A DNA stretch of 64,000 nucleotides from Candidatus Bathyarchaeia archaeon. Its GTDB lineage: Archaea; Thermoproteota; Bathyarchaeia; 40CM-2-53-6. Below the pieces are notes generated by a model that was given only the letters and a program-made list of their open reading frames with translations, made no database searches and had not been told where the DNA came from. The position numbers were made by a program, and so were the translations under genes. This document shows, in pieces, positions 28,133 to 37,840 of this stretch; the first letter of the stretch is position 1; every line of letters begins with the position of its first letter. The stretch covers positions 736,001-800,000 of the forward strand of contig JBEKVV010000001.1 of the NCBI GenBank assembly GCA_049513715.1, read 5' to 3'.

Positions 28133-30229
28133 TCATGTCAGAAAGAATAGTATCACAACTACCAAAGCAAACAGGCCAAGGGCGAAGACGGTGACGTATT
28201 CCTGTGGGATGCCTGTTTGGAGCCGCTTAAGCGTTGACGAGAACTTGCGCCCAACAGAGGCTATGCCGTTGATGATTCCGTCGATTACCCCAACGTCAAT
28301 ACGCTGACCGCGGCTGGAAAGCCCGACCGAGAAGGTGGCGACTGAACCGCTGATTCTATCGAAGAAACCCGTTTCAAGCGAGTCCTTCAACGCGCCTGCA
28401 GCTGATATGGTTCCGTAAACGAAGGCTCTGTAGTAGGCAGGGTTGATGTACCATCGCTCCCATAGGAAGTTGTAGAGGCCTCTAACGAATCCTTTCTCGC
28501 CAACGATCGAGGTCGGTTTGAGTCTACCGGAAATGTAGAGTAGGTAACCGAAAGTTCCCCCCACAGCGAGCATGATTAACGAGCCTGAAGTGGCCACTAA
28601 AGACGCGTGTTGCTCGACAGCCGGGTCGAGCGGAACCCCGGTTGCGGCTAGGGGAGTTGCGGTATTCGCCAGAGATTGTGCGAAGAAGGCTTCAACGTAA
28701 GGGCCGGCTAGGCCGATGGCTACTGTCGCGAGCGCCAGCAGCAGATATGGAACCCACATTAGTGCCGGTGCTTCGTGCACGTGGTGTCCCTCGTCTTCCA
28801 GTTTCTTCAAGTGCTCGCTTTTTGGAGCCATGAAGACCATGCCTATCACCTTCAGGCTGTATAGGAACGTCAGCGCCACTGTGCCCCAGGCGAGAAGGAG
28901 CAGGGGCATCTGTCCAGTCAGAACTGTAGTCGCAATTACCGCATCTTTACTCCAGAATCCGCTCAGGGGTGGCACACCTGAAAGTGCGAGCAGTGCGATC
29001 ACCATTGATGCGAAGGTGATCTTCATCGAGTGGCGTAGCCCACCCATGTCGCCCATATACCGTGACTCGACGGCGTGCAAGATTGCTCCTGCGGCCAGGA
29101 ACGCAGCTGCCTTGAAGAGTGCATGGGTCATCAGATGGAAGATCCCTGCTGTTAGGCCGGTTACAAATTCCGACGCAAGCCCACCTGCTCCAATGCCCAA
29201 CATCATGTAACCAATTTGAGAGATTGTTGAGTAGGCAAGTAGTTTCTTCAGTTCTTTCGAAACAACAGCCTGTGTTGCTGCCATGAATGTTGTGAAGGCG
29301 CCAATCCAGGCGACTGCCTCGAAGAATAGTGTTGGTTGGCCGTATTGGAGGACTATGTTGTAGAACATTGGTCCCGCTCTGCCGGCGAGATAGACTCCTG
29401 CGGTAACCATCGTTGCTGCGTGTATGAGTGCGGATACTGAGGTCGGGCCGGCCATGGCGTCGGGCAACCATTCATGCAACGGGAATTGCGCCGATTTCCC
29501 AATCGGTCCCCAGAAGAACAACAATGCAACTGGTATCAGCAATCCTAGGCGGCTGAGGGGTAAGGCCCATGAAACCTCTTTTGAAAGCTGCACGAAATTC
29601 AGTGTGCCCGAGTAGGCGTAGATCATGAAGATTGCGATGAGCAGTCCTATGTCTCCGATTCTGGTTACGATGAGAGCCTTCATTCCGGAATGGCTGGGTG
29701 AATAAGCCATCGGCACACCCAAGGCTTTGTCGCCAATAGTTCCAACCCATTTGTCCAACGGATCCCTGTACCAATGCCCAATCAAAGCGTACGAGCATAA
29801 GCCAACGCCTTCCCAGCCGAAGAAGAGTTGGAGCAAGTTGTCGGACATGACGAGGAGAAGCATGCTTCCGATGAAGAAGTTCATGAAGAACCAGTATCGT
29901 GTGAGCCCTTCGTCGTCCTTCATGTAGGCGAGGCTGTAGATCATGATCAGAAAGCTGACCCATGCGACTGTGTTGGCCATGATTATGCTGAGGGGGTCGA
30001 GGAGAACACCGGCTTTGATGTTGAGGCTCGTGATCCAGTTGACCTGAACGTCCTTTGTTGCTCCAGAGAGAATTATCGGAAACAGGAGTGCGGCTGAGAC
30101 TGCACCCAAGAACGCGAAGGCAACGGCCCCGTAGTCTCTCATCTTGAGATGAATGCGAGCGAATAGTGGAGTGAGAATTGCGCCGATGAACGGCAACCCC
30201 CACGTAAGCCATCCGAAGATCTCGTTCAT
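28133..30229 (-). CDS. nuoL: Complex I subunit L, with lengthened lateral helix
   Basis: GWEGVGLCSY, GKSAQFPLHEWLPDAMAGPT, HAATMV, LAYSTISQ, HEAP, LQTG. Confidence 0.95.
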   Translation of the reverse strand: MNEIFGWLTWGLPFIGAILTPLFARIHLKMRDYGAVAFAFLGAVSAALLFPIILSGATKDVQVNWITSLNIKAGVLLDPLSIIMANTVAWVSFLIMIYSLAYMKDDEGLTRYWFFMNFFIGSMLLLVMSDNLLQLFFGWEGVGLCSYALIGHWYRDPLDKWVGTIGDKALGVPMAYSPSHSGMKALIVTRIGDIGLLIAIFMIYAYSGTLNFVQLSKEVSWALPLSRLGLLIPVALLFFWGPIGKSAQFPLHEWLPDAMAGPTSVSALIHAATMVTAGVYLAGRAGPMFYNIVLQYGQPTLFFEAVAWIGAFTTFMAATQAVVSKELKKLLAYSTISQIGYMMLGIGAGGLASEFVTGLTAGIFHLMTHALFKAAAFLAAGAILHAVESRYMGDMGGLRHSMKITFASMVIALLALSGVPPLSGFWSKDAVIATTVLTGQMPLLLLAWGTVALTFLYSLKVIGMVFMAPKSEHLKKLEDEGHHVHEAPALMWVPYLLLALATVAIGLAGPYVEAFFAQSLANTATPLAATGVPLDPAVEQHASLVATSGSLIMLAVGGTFGYLLYISGRLKPTSIVGEKGFVRGLYNFLWERWYINPAYYRAFVYGTISAAGALKDSLETGFFDRISGSVATFSVGLSSRGQRIDVGVIDGIINGIASVGRKFSSTLKRLQTGIPQEYVTVFALGLFALVVVILFFLT

Positions 30230-30232
30230 GCC

Positions 30233-31702
30233 TTAACCTCCTAGAATCGCCTTCACTGTCGGAAGCAGTAGCCCCTCTATGATGTCGGGGAAGATGCCGA
30301 TGATAACGGAGATTGCTGAGAGCACGAGGAGAGGCAGAGTAATCGTCAACGGCGCTTCATTCACGCCGCTGAGTTCGTCAGGGAGCTTGCCGAAGAATAT
30401 GCGTTTCACAGCCCAAAGAGAATACCCGGCAGTAATCGCGGTTGAAGCTACTCCTAGGAAAGCCAGCGCGATTCGTAGCATTGAGTCGAGTTTGAAAGCC
30501 ATCTGAAAGCTTCCGGCGAAGATGAGAAACTCTGAGATGAAGCCAGACGTTGGTGGGATGCCCATGATCGTCAGGAACCCGATCACCGCGGCAGTGGCGG
30601 TTATTGGCATCTTCGCTGCCAACCCGCCCATTTTGCTGATGCTGCGCAGGCCATGAGTCTGAAGAATTATGGTCCCGGCAACCATGAAGAGAATTCCTTT
30701 CCCAATTCCGTGAGTTACGTATTGAAACATCGACCCTGAAACGCCCAGAACTTGGAAGGATGATATTCCGAGCAAAATGTAACCCATCTGGCTAACACTG
30801 GAGTAGGCCAATAGTTTCTTGATGTCGTCCTGAACCAGGGCCATGGCTCCGCCGTAGAACATAGTAACCACTGCCCAAACGGTGAGCGCCGTTGAGATTT
30901 CGAAGAATGAGCTTGGTAAGATTGCCATCACCAACCGAACGATTGCGTACCCTCCAATTCCAATCATCGCCGGCGACAAGAGCGCGCTGATTGGGGTAGG
31001 GGCTTCCGCGTGGGCGTGTGGGAGCCATATGTGCAGACCGAATGCAGCCATCTTCACCAGCAAACCAAGAACCATCAAGACCACGATCCACAACCTCAGG
31101 TCAGCAGACATTGTGGCTGTGACAATCTTGTCGAGGTCGAATGTTCCGCTCAAGTATCCTACGGAGAGGATACCTGCAAGGAAAGCGAGCGCCCCAATGT
31201 GCGTCCACATAAAGTACATGAACGAGATCCTATCCCGGTCGCCATAACCCCACTTCGCGATCAGGAAGTATGATGGAATCAACATGAGTTCGAAGAAAAG
31301 GTAGAACTCGATTAAGTTCGTGGCTAGCACGGCGCCCATCATTCCAACCGAGTATAGCATGAGGAGGGCGTAGTAGAGGGCGAACTGTTCCTTCTTGTCA
31401 CCGATTATGTGTTGCATGTAGGGGATTGAGTAGATCGACATCAGGGCACAGAGCAATGATATCGTGAAAAGAATCGGTATGCTCAGTCCGTCTGCGTTGA
31501 GGCCGAATAGTCCGATGGGGCTCCAGTTGTAGAATTCTCGAGCACCCCCCTGCCAGCCTGTGAGCAGTGTGAGAAATGTTGAGTATGCGAGAGCGATGAA
31601 TCCTACATAACCTGCTTTGGCACCCCATTTGAGTCCGGCGAGATATGATACGAAGACGAAAAGTAATGGCACTAGCAGTATCTGAAGGATTTGCATATAC
31701 AT
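30233..31702 (-). CDS. nuoM: Complex I subunit M
   Basis: ADGLS, FFELMLIP, VKMAAFGLHIWLPHAHAEAPTP, LAYSSVSQMGY. Confidence 0.92.
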   Translation of the reverse strand: MYMQILQILLVPLLFVFVSYLAGLKWGAKAGYVGFIALAYSTFLTLLTGWQGGAREFYNWSPIGLFGLNADGLSIPILFTISLLCALMSIYSIPYMQHIIGDKKEQFALYYALLMLYSVGMMGAVLATNLIEFYLFFELMLIPSYFLIAKWGYGDRDRISFMYFMWTHIGALAFLAGILSVGYLSGTFDLDKIVTATMSADLRLWIVVLMVLGLLVKMAAFGLHIWLPHAHAEAPTPISALLSPAMIGIGGYAIVRLVMAILPSSFFEISTALTVWAVVTMFYGGAMALVQDDIKKLLAYSSVSQMGYILLGISSFQVLGVSGSMFQYVTHGIGKGILFMVAGTIILQTHGLRSISKMGGLAAKMPITATAAVIGFLTIMGIPPTSGFISEFLIFAGSFQMAFKLDSMLRIALAFLGVASTAITAGYSLWAVKRIFFGKLPDELSGVNEAPLTITLPLLVLSAISVIIGIFPDIIEGLLLPTVKAILGG

Positions 31703-31709
31703 TGAGCGT

Positions 31710-32018
31710 TTATCCCTTCAGCTTGTCCAGTTTCCTCACGTCAATTGATGAGTTGAGCCGGAAGGCGACGAGAATGAGCGCCAAGCCAACGGCCGCCTCC
31801 ATCGCGGCTGCAGCGATCGAATAGAACACAATAACCTGACCTGTCACTTGTGCCGGGTTCATGTAACGAGAGAACGCGGCGAAGTTAAGGTTCGCTGCGT
31901 TGACGATCACTTCAATTGCGAAGAGGATGCGTATGGCGTTTCTCTTGACGGTGAGGCCGTAAATGCCAATCCCAAGCAGCGCTGCTGAAACGATAATGTA
32001 GTTAACGAGGGCGACCGT
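31710..32018 (-). CDS. nuoK: Complex I subunit K, apparent ACG start
   Basis: GIYGLTVKRNAIRILFAIEVIVNAANLN, AAAAMEAAVGLAL, ends LKG. The homologous frame extends to ACG at 32018, behind an AGGTGA Shine-Dalgarno. Confidence 0.9.
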   Translation of the reverse strand, partial: TVALVNYIIVSAALLGIGIYGLTVKRNAIRILFAIEVIVNAANLNFAAFSRYMNPAQVTGQVIVFYSIAAAAMEAAVGLALILVAFRLNSSIDVRKLDKLKG

Positions 32019-32024
32019 CTTGCT

Positions 32025-32534
32025 TCACCTATCCACCTTTGCTAGGATCAAGGCTCCGAGCAACGCCGATGAGAGTAGCAATGCAAGTATGATGAGTGGC
32101 ACAGGATATAGAGTGGCCAGGACCGGGCCTAAGCTCGAAACGGGCAGGTCCGCGGGTTGTGGTTCAGCAGGCAAGTTCGGCCCTACCAAAGCGGCTACGC
32201 CCGCGATTCCAATCGCAAGTAACCCAGCAAGCCAGAGCCCAACGGTGCCTTCACCGCCCTCACCTCGATCAGTCATCTCGTCAAGTGACCCTCTCCGGAC
32301 GAGCATTATTGTGAAAAGAATCAGAACAACAACTGCTCCCACATAGATTGCTATTTGGAGCATCGCAAGGTATGGTGCGTCGAGAAACACGAAGAACCCG
32401 GCGATTCCGATGAAACTTATCGCGAGTGCGACAGCGCCGTAGATCAGCTCCTTCGCCTGCAGTGCCAAGATCGAACCAATGATCGTCACAGCGGCCAAGA
32501 TGACGAAGATTAGATCAGGCGGAACCAGGTCCAT
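32025..32534 (-). CDS. nuoJ: Complex I subunit J
   Basis: LDAPYLAMLQIAIYVGAVVVLILFTIML motif. Confidence 0.92.
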   Translation of the reverse strand: MDLVPPDLIFVILAAVTIIGSILALQAKELIYGAVALAISFIGIAGFFVFLDAPYLAMLQIAIYVGAVVVLILFTIMLVRRGSLDEMTDRGEGGEGTVGLWLAGLLAIGIAGVAALVGPNLPAEPQPADLPVSSLGPVLATLYPVPLIILALLLSSALLGALILAKVDR

Positions 32535-32535
32535 T

Positions 32536-33567
32536 TCACAAACCCCAAGGAGCCAATATTCCACTGCTCAGAAGGATTACGGTGACGAAAAGGTTCGCTA
32601 GTGCGATGATCAGCAATCTACTCCAACCCACCTTGATCAGCATGTCAACTCTAATTCGTGGATAAACGCCTCGAGGAATTATGATCAGCGTAGTGACAAA
32701 GATGGTCTTGATGATGAACCAGACGGGTTGGGGTAGAAAGGCAGGCCCCCACCACCCTCCAAGGAACAGAACGGTGACGAGGGATGACATCAAATAGAGT
32801 TTCATGTACAGCCCTAAGAATAGCAACATGAAAATTGCGCCGCTTGATTCGGTTTGCCATCCAGCCACGAGTTCGGGCTCGGCCACGGGAAGGTCAAACG
32901 GAAGACGCTCAAGTTCAGCCATTATTGAAATGAAAAAGACGACACAGGAAAGGAAGGCAGGTATGATAAACCAGAGTTTTGCTTGAGCGTTCACAATGTC
33001 GACCAAGCTGAGCGACCCCGCGAGCATCACAACGCTCAGAGTGGCAATCCACATTGGAATCTCGTACGCCACTTGCTGGAACAGGGAGCGAAGGCCTCCG
33101 AGGAACGGGTATTTGCTGTTGCTGGCCCACGCGAAGAGCAGGATCATGGCAGGGAACACTGAGGTCACAGCAAACACGAAAACGATGCCAACATCTAGGT
33201 TCGCGATGACCCAGTTTTGGCCGAAAGGAACCACTGCGAAAGGTAACGCAGCTAGGAAGACAAGGGCCAATGGAATGCCGAGAAAGAGTGGCTTGTCGGC
33301 CTTGTAAGGAACCATCACTTCTTTGAAGATTAGTTTCACGCCATCTGCTATCGGCTGGAGAATTCCCCACGGGCCGCCAGCGTACAGTGGCCCAATTCTT
33401 AGTTGAATTCGAGCGAGAATCTTCCGCTCATACCAAGTCAGAAACATCGTAATCAGCATCAAGTGAATGAAACCCGGAAAGAAGACGATAGTGATGAATG
33501 CGTGTGAGGTTATGATTGCGATTATGAATGGGAGGACATCGGCGGGCGTTGTGGGGAGCGCGACCAA
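32536..33567 (-). CDS. nuoH: Complex I subunit H
   Basis: ERKILARIQLRIGP, QPIADGVKLIFKE, ERLPFDLP.AE.ELVAG, PRIRVD. Confidence 0.95.
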   Translation of the reverse strand: MVALPTTPADVLPFIIAIITSHAFITIVFFPGFIHLMLITMFLTWYERKILARIQLRIGPLYAGGPWGILQPIADGVKLIFKEVMVPYKADKPLFLGIPLALVFLAALPFAVVPFGQNWVIANLDVGIVFVFAVTSVFPAMILLFAWASNSKYPFLGGLRSLFQQVAYEIPMWIATLSVVMLAGSLSLVDIVNAQAKLWFIIPAFLSCVVFFISIMAELERLPFDLPVAEPELVAGWQTESSGAIFMLLFLGLYMKLYLMSSLVTVLFLGGWWGPAFLPQPVWFIIKTIFVTTLIIIPRGVYPRIRVDMLIKVGWSRLLIIALANLFVTVILLSSGILAPWGL

Positions 33568-33568
33568 G

Positions 33569-33931
33569 TCACCAATTCTCCCTTTGCAGCGCCAGGTGCA
33601 ACGCGTACCCTAATGGTGCCCCAAGCAGAACGACGAATAGGAGAACATAGATGGACTCGCTTAGCGGTATCGCAGTGAAGCTGATGCCCCAAGCAAAGAG
33701 GAACATTCCGACAACGTCAAAAACAACAAACATGAGAAGGAATGGGTAATATTGCATCACCAGCCTCGTTCTCGCCTCACCTTGCGGAACCTGCCCAGAT
33801 TCAAAGGGCATGTCGCGGAATGGGTCAGGTTTCTTGCGGGACCAAAATATGGGCAAGGTCAGCAGAGGGCCAGTAAGGAGAAGGATAAGAACGCCCCAGA
33901 TTGTGATTGCCAACCAAGGGTTAAGTGCCAT
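33569..33931 (-). CDS. nuoA: Complex I subunit A
   Basis: PFESG, QYY...LMFVVFDV...FLFAW, terminal W. Confidence 0.92.
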   Translation of the reverse strand: MALNPWLAITIWGVLILLLTGPLLTLPIFWSRKKPDPFRDMPFESGQVPQGEARTRLVMQYYPFLLMFVVFDVVGMFLFAWGISFTAIPLSESIYVLLFVVLLGAPLGYALHLALQRENW

Positions 33932-34139
33932 AATGAGTCACAACGTGAGACCGTGACGACTTCCCTGAGACTAAAACTACCGAATATAAATCATCCGTAA
34001 ACCTGAAGCCAACAAACCAGACTTCTTTCGACGACAAACACGTGACGAGCTGAGGTATTTTCTTAAGCAACCGAAGTATTACGCACCTTCGAAAACCGAA
34101 GCGCAATTCTGTCTGCAACCATTTGAGGCATGGATCAAA

Positions 34140-34292
34140 ATGGCATGGCACTCCGCTGGAACAACTCACTTCTGGTGCGCAAAGTGCAAAAAGCAGGTCG
34201 CGGCTGAGGCTGAGTTCGTATTCAAGGAAGGCAAAGTGCTTTGGAAATGGAAGTGCGGCACGTGCGGTACCGATTACCTGACCGATGCTTGA
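34140..34292 (+). CDS. Small zinc-ribbon protein (50 aa)
   Basis: MAWHSAGTTHFWCAKCKKQV...WKCGTCGTDYLTDA; two CxxC knuckles. Confidence 0.75.
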   Translation: MAWHSAGTTHFWCAKCKKQVAAEAEFVFKEGKVLWKWKCGTCGTDYLTDA

Positions 34293-34299
34293 TTGGGGT

Positions 34300-35217
34300 C
34301 TAGAAGGTTCTCTCCAAAGAGTAGTCAGCGAATTCTTCGAGAAGTTTGCTCTTGCTTGGGTCGCGTAGGCCCTTCAACTCTCGCTTCGCCCTCTCTACAT
34401 GTTCTTTGGACTTCTTCAATGCGAACTCTACGGCCTTCTCTCTAAGAGCCGCCAGCTCCACCGACTTCTCCTTGTTGTTTTCAAGAATGGCGCTAACGCT
34501 TCCCCTCTTTGTTGCTTCATCTAGGTAATGCATCAAAACCAAGTTGATTCTGTCTTGCCTCTCTGGGTCGCCTGAAGTGTCTAAAACGTCGTCTTTGATT
34601 TGGAACGCGATCCCTACCGCCCTGCCATAGTTATAGAGGGAATCAACCTCTGGTGCTGTTGCCCCTCCAAGAACACCCCCAATGCCAGCGGCAGCGCTGA
34701 ACAGGGACCCTGTCTTCAAGTCCGCTATGGTCAGGTAGTTGTCGACGTCGATTGCGAGCTCAGTGATCACGTCCAATATCTCGCCCTTGCTAAGGTCGAC
34801 CAGGCCCCAGCCCGCCATTTTCGTTATCCGCGAATCTTTGTATTCGGAGAGTATTTGGACACCTTTTGAGGCAAGGAAGAGCCCAGCACTAATGGCCTTG
34901 TCGTCAGCGAACGCGTGTTGAGTGGTCGGGAAGTTGCGTCGCAACCTATGCTTGTCAATTAGGTCATCAAAAACCAACGAGGCCGCGTGGAGAAACTCCA
35001 TTGCCACCGCGGCGTCAAGCGCATGCTCTGTCTTTCCCCCCACACTGTCGGAGGCGAACAGAACGAGAATTGGCCGCAGCCTTTTCCCCCCGGTCTTGAA
35101 CGTGTACTTCACGAGTTCGTTGGCTTCGGTTTGTTCAAACCCCGTGGAAAGTAGCTCATCAATTCGCTTGTTAATCACTATGCGTTTCTGGTCGAGTAAC
35201 TCTCGAAAGTTGTTCAT
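34300..35217 (-). CDS. Polyprenyl diphosphate synthase (trans-IPPS)
   Basis: GGKRLRP, DDLID..RR, KTGSLF, GIAFQIKDDVLD. Confidence 0.92.
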   Translation of the reverse strand: MNNFRELLDQKRIVINKRIDELLSTGFEQTEANELVKYTFKTGGKRLRPILVLFASDSVGGKTEHALDAAVAMEFLHAASLVFDDLIDKHRLRRNFPTTQHAFADDKAISAGLFLASKGVQILSEYKDSRITKMAGWGLVDLSKGEILDVITELAIDVDNYLTIADLKTGSLFSAAAGIGGVLGGATAPEVDSLYNYGRAVGIAFQIKDDVLDTSGDPERQDRINLVLMHYLDEATKRGSVSAILENNKEKSVELAALREKAVEFALKKSKEHVERAKRELKGLRDPSKSKLLEEFADYSLERTF

Positions 35218-35322
35218 TGCATTCCACAGGTTGGTATGTTGTTATGTTATGTTGGTATCGAATGATTGTATGACCCGTTATAAATGGTAGCTAGATTGTG
35301 CCAAGGCTGAGAGTATGTAATC

Positions 35323-36003
35323 TCACGTATATTTCAGAACGGCTTGGCAGAAATCCATCATCACATTTTCAGGCTTCGGCGCTTTTACTACACCACTTGC
35401 CACCAAGATTCCCTGCGCCCCCAGTTTGAGCGCAGCATAAACATCCTCCCCCGTGCTGATTCCTGCACCGCACAAGATCGTTGCATTTGGGTTGACTGAG
35501 CGGATCCTCTTCACGGAATCAGATATGACCTCAGGCCGCTCCTTTGAGACTGCGCGCCCGGACCCAATCAATTCGGGTGGCTCAATCGCCACCATGTCCG
35601 GCTCAGTCAATGCTACTGCTGCAGCAAGTTTGGCAGTTCCAGCACATATGACCGCCTGCAAGCCAACTTCATGAGCTCGCCTCACGCCAGACTCGATTTC
35701 GGACAGGCGCACGTTTCTTTCAGAATGATTAATCAGAGTTCCAGAGGCGCCTGCCGCTCTCACCGACTCCGCTAGCACGAATCCTGTGTAAGCGCCTGGG
35801 CTCACCGAATCGATATGCTGCGCAAAAACTGGAATATTCACACTGGTGGCTACTTGCTCTATGTCGCAAAACTGGGGCGCCACTCCCACTTTCACGCCAG
35901 TGTTGCGTCCAACTTCTTGTATTTTCTTGGAAAGGTCCACGGCGCGTTTACCAGTTGATTCCAGATAGGCTTTGAAGTTAACGAGGAGAAAAGGTTCGGA
36001 CAT
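35323..36003 (-). CDS. tpiA: Triosephosphate isomerase, archaeal type
   Basis: NFKAY, AQH, NHSE, AIEPPELIG, CGAGI, LVASG. Confidence 0.96.
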   Translation of the reverse strand: MSEPFLLVNFKAYLESTGKRAVDLSKKIQEVGRNTGVKVGVAPQFCDIEQVATSVNIPVFAQHIDSVSPGAYTGFVLAESVRAAGASGTLINHSERNVRLSEIESGVRRAHEVGLQAVICAGTAKLAAAVALTEPDMVAIEPPELIGSGRAVSKERPEVISDSVKRIRSVNPNATILCGAGISTGEDVYAALKLGAQGILVASGVVKAPKPENVMMDFCQAVLKYT

Positions 36004-36162
36004 TGGATTTCTTGACAAGATTCGTCAACCGCCTAGATACAGAACACGTGTATGAAACTTTGGTGGCGAGACATGGCAGCGAAAACGGACAGGGGGGCTC
36101 GCTGGTAATACGACGGCATGATTAAATACCGACCGTCAAATACTCGCGGCCGGTATATCGAA

Positions 36163-37269
36163 TTGAGTTCACAAAAAGTAACAGTCTCCGTTATCAAAGC
36201 CGACGTAGGCTCCTACCCAGGCCACGGCACAGTTCATCCCAAGCAATTGGAACTTGCAAATACATGCTTGGACAAGGCGAGGAAAGAAGGCCTAATCGTC
36301 GACTTTTTTGTGACGCATGCTGGCGACGACATTGAACTCATCATGTCCCACCGCAAAGGTGAGAACAACACGAAAGTTCACGAGTTGGCGTGGAACACTT
36401 TCAAAGAGATAACCGACAAAGTCTCCAAACCCATGAAACTCTACGGCGCTGGACAGGACCTTCTTGCCGATTCCTTCTCAGGAAATGTGAAGGGAATGGG
36501 CCCTGGAGTCGCGGAACTTGAATTCGAAGAGAGACAAAGCGACCCCCTCCTTGTGTTCATGGCAGACAAAACTGAACCCGGAGCTTGGAACCTTCCACTG
36601 TTCCGGATTTTCGGAGACCCGTTCAACACGGCCGGGCTGATCATTGATCCTGCTCTCCACTCTGGTTTCACATTCCAAATCCTTGACGTGATGAAGGACC
36701 AGACCGTCAGCCTGAAATGCCCTGCAGAAACCTACGACCTGCTCGCCTTGATTGGGACCTCCTCACGCTACGTGATATCCAAGATCTACCGAAACGACGG
36801 CATGCCAGCAGCAGCCGCAAGCACCACCCGCCTATCACTCATCGCCGGCAGGTACGTTGGCAAGGATGACCCCGTCTGCATGGTCCGAGCCCAGCACGGC
36901 TTACCCGCAGTTGGTGAAGTGCTGGAACCCTTTGCTTTCCCACACCTTGTGGCCGGATGGATGCGTGGATCCCACGTAGGGCCATTGATGCCCGTCAGCT
37001 TGGCAGACACACAAAACCGCGTAACTCGATTCGATGGGCCACCACGCGTGGTCTGTGCTGGATTTCAAGTTTCAGATGCGAAGCTGATTGGGCCAGCGGA
37101 TATTTTCGGTGACCCTGCGTATGATCGTACACGACAAATGGCCAGTGAGATCGCTGACTACATGCGCCGACATGGACCTTTCATGCCACACCGCCTGGGG
37201 CCTGAGGAGATGGAGTACACAACCCTCCCCGAGGTTCTGGAGAAACTGAAGGGCAGGTTCAAGAAATAA
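36163..37269 (+). CDS. fbp: Bifunctional fructose-1,6-bisphosphate aldolase/phosphatase (class V)
   Basis: IKADVG, GDD, LYGAGQDLL, GRYVGKDDP, GWMRGSH, RFDGPP, EYTTLP. Confidence 0.96.
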   Translation: MSSQKVTVSVIKADVGSYPGHGTVHPKQLELANTCLDKARKEGLIVDFFVTHAGDDIELIMSHRKGENNTKVHELAWNTFKEITDKVSKPMKLYGAGQDLLADSFSGNVKGMGPGVAELEFEERQSDPLLVFMADKTEPGAWNLPLFRIFGDPFNTAGLIIDPALHSGFTFQILDVMKDQTVSLKCPAETYDLLALIGTSSRYVISKIYRNDGMPAAAASTTRLSLIAGRYVGKDDPVCMVRAQHGLPAVGEVLEPFAFPHLVAGWMRGSHVGPLMPVSLADTQNRVTRFDGPPRVVCAGFQVSDAKLIGPADIFGDPAYDRTRQMASEIADYMRRHGPFMPHRLGPEEMEYTTLPEVLEKLKGRFKK

Positions 37270-37294
37270 TCCATTGAGCAATTGACTGCAACGC

Positions 37295-37738
37295 CTAAGG
37301 AGAACCTTTGCTGCGTGCAGCATGCTCGACCATGATACATCGGTCCATAACCACATCCATTCCCTCGGCTCTTGCTTTTTGGGCAGCGGCATCGTTCACG
37401 ATTCCCAGCTGCATCCAAACGGCCGTAGGCCGCCCCAGTTTCCTGTGAATCTCCAGCGCCTCGTCAACAATTGGTGGAATATCCTCAGACCGCCTGAAAA
37501 TGTCCACCACATCCAACTCTCTCTTCAGTTCATCTGGAATATCTGTAAGGGACTTGTAGGATTTCGCGCCCAAGACTTCGTCGACCGTTGGGTTCACTGG
37601 CACGATGCGGTACCCCTGTGCTTTCAGGTACTTGGCCACGCCGTGACTGGCCTTCGCAGGATCCTTAGAGAGCCCGACAACTGCAATTGTCCGCCCTTTC
37701 AGAACACGCGTTATGATGGCCTCTTCGTCAGGTTGCAT
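37295..37738 (-). CDS. CoA-binding protein (YccU family)
   Basis: IAVVGLS, PVNP, VDIFR, VWMQLGI, DRCIMVEH. Confidence 0.92.
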   Translation of the reverse strand: MQPDEEAIITRVLKGRTIAVVGLSKDPAKASHGVAKYLKAQGYRIVPVNPTVDEVLGAKSYKSLTDIPDELKRELDVVDIFRRSEDIPPIVDEALEIHRKLGRPTAVWMQLGIVNDAAAQKARAEGMDVVMDRCIMVEHAARSKGSP

Positions 37739-37840
37739 GATGATCTAGCTCAAGCACTCGTTGGGTTGCAGATTAATTCATCTTTGAAATTCACCAAAAT
37801 TCATTAAATTCGCTGCCCGAACCAAGTCAGGCGATGTCAT

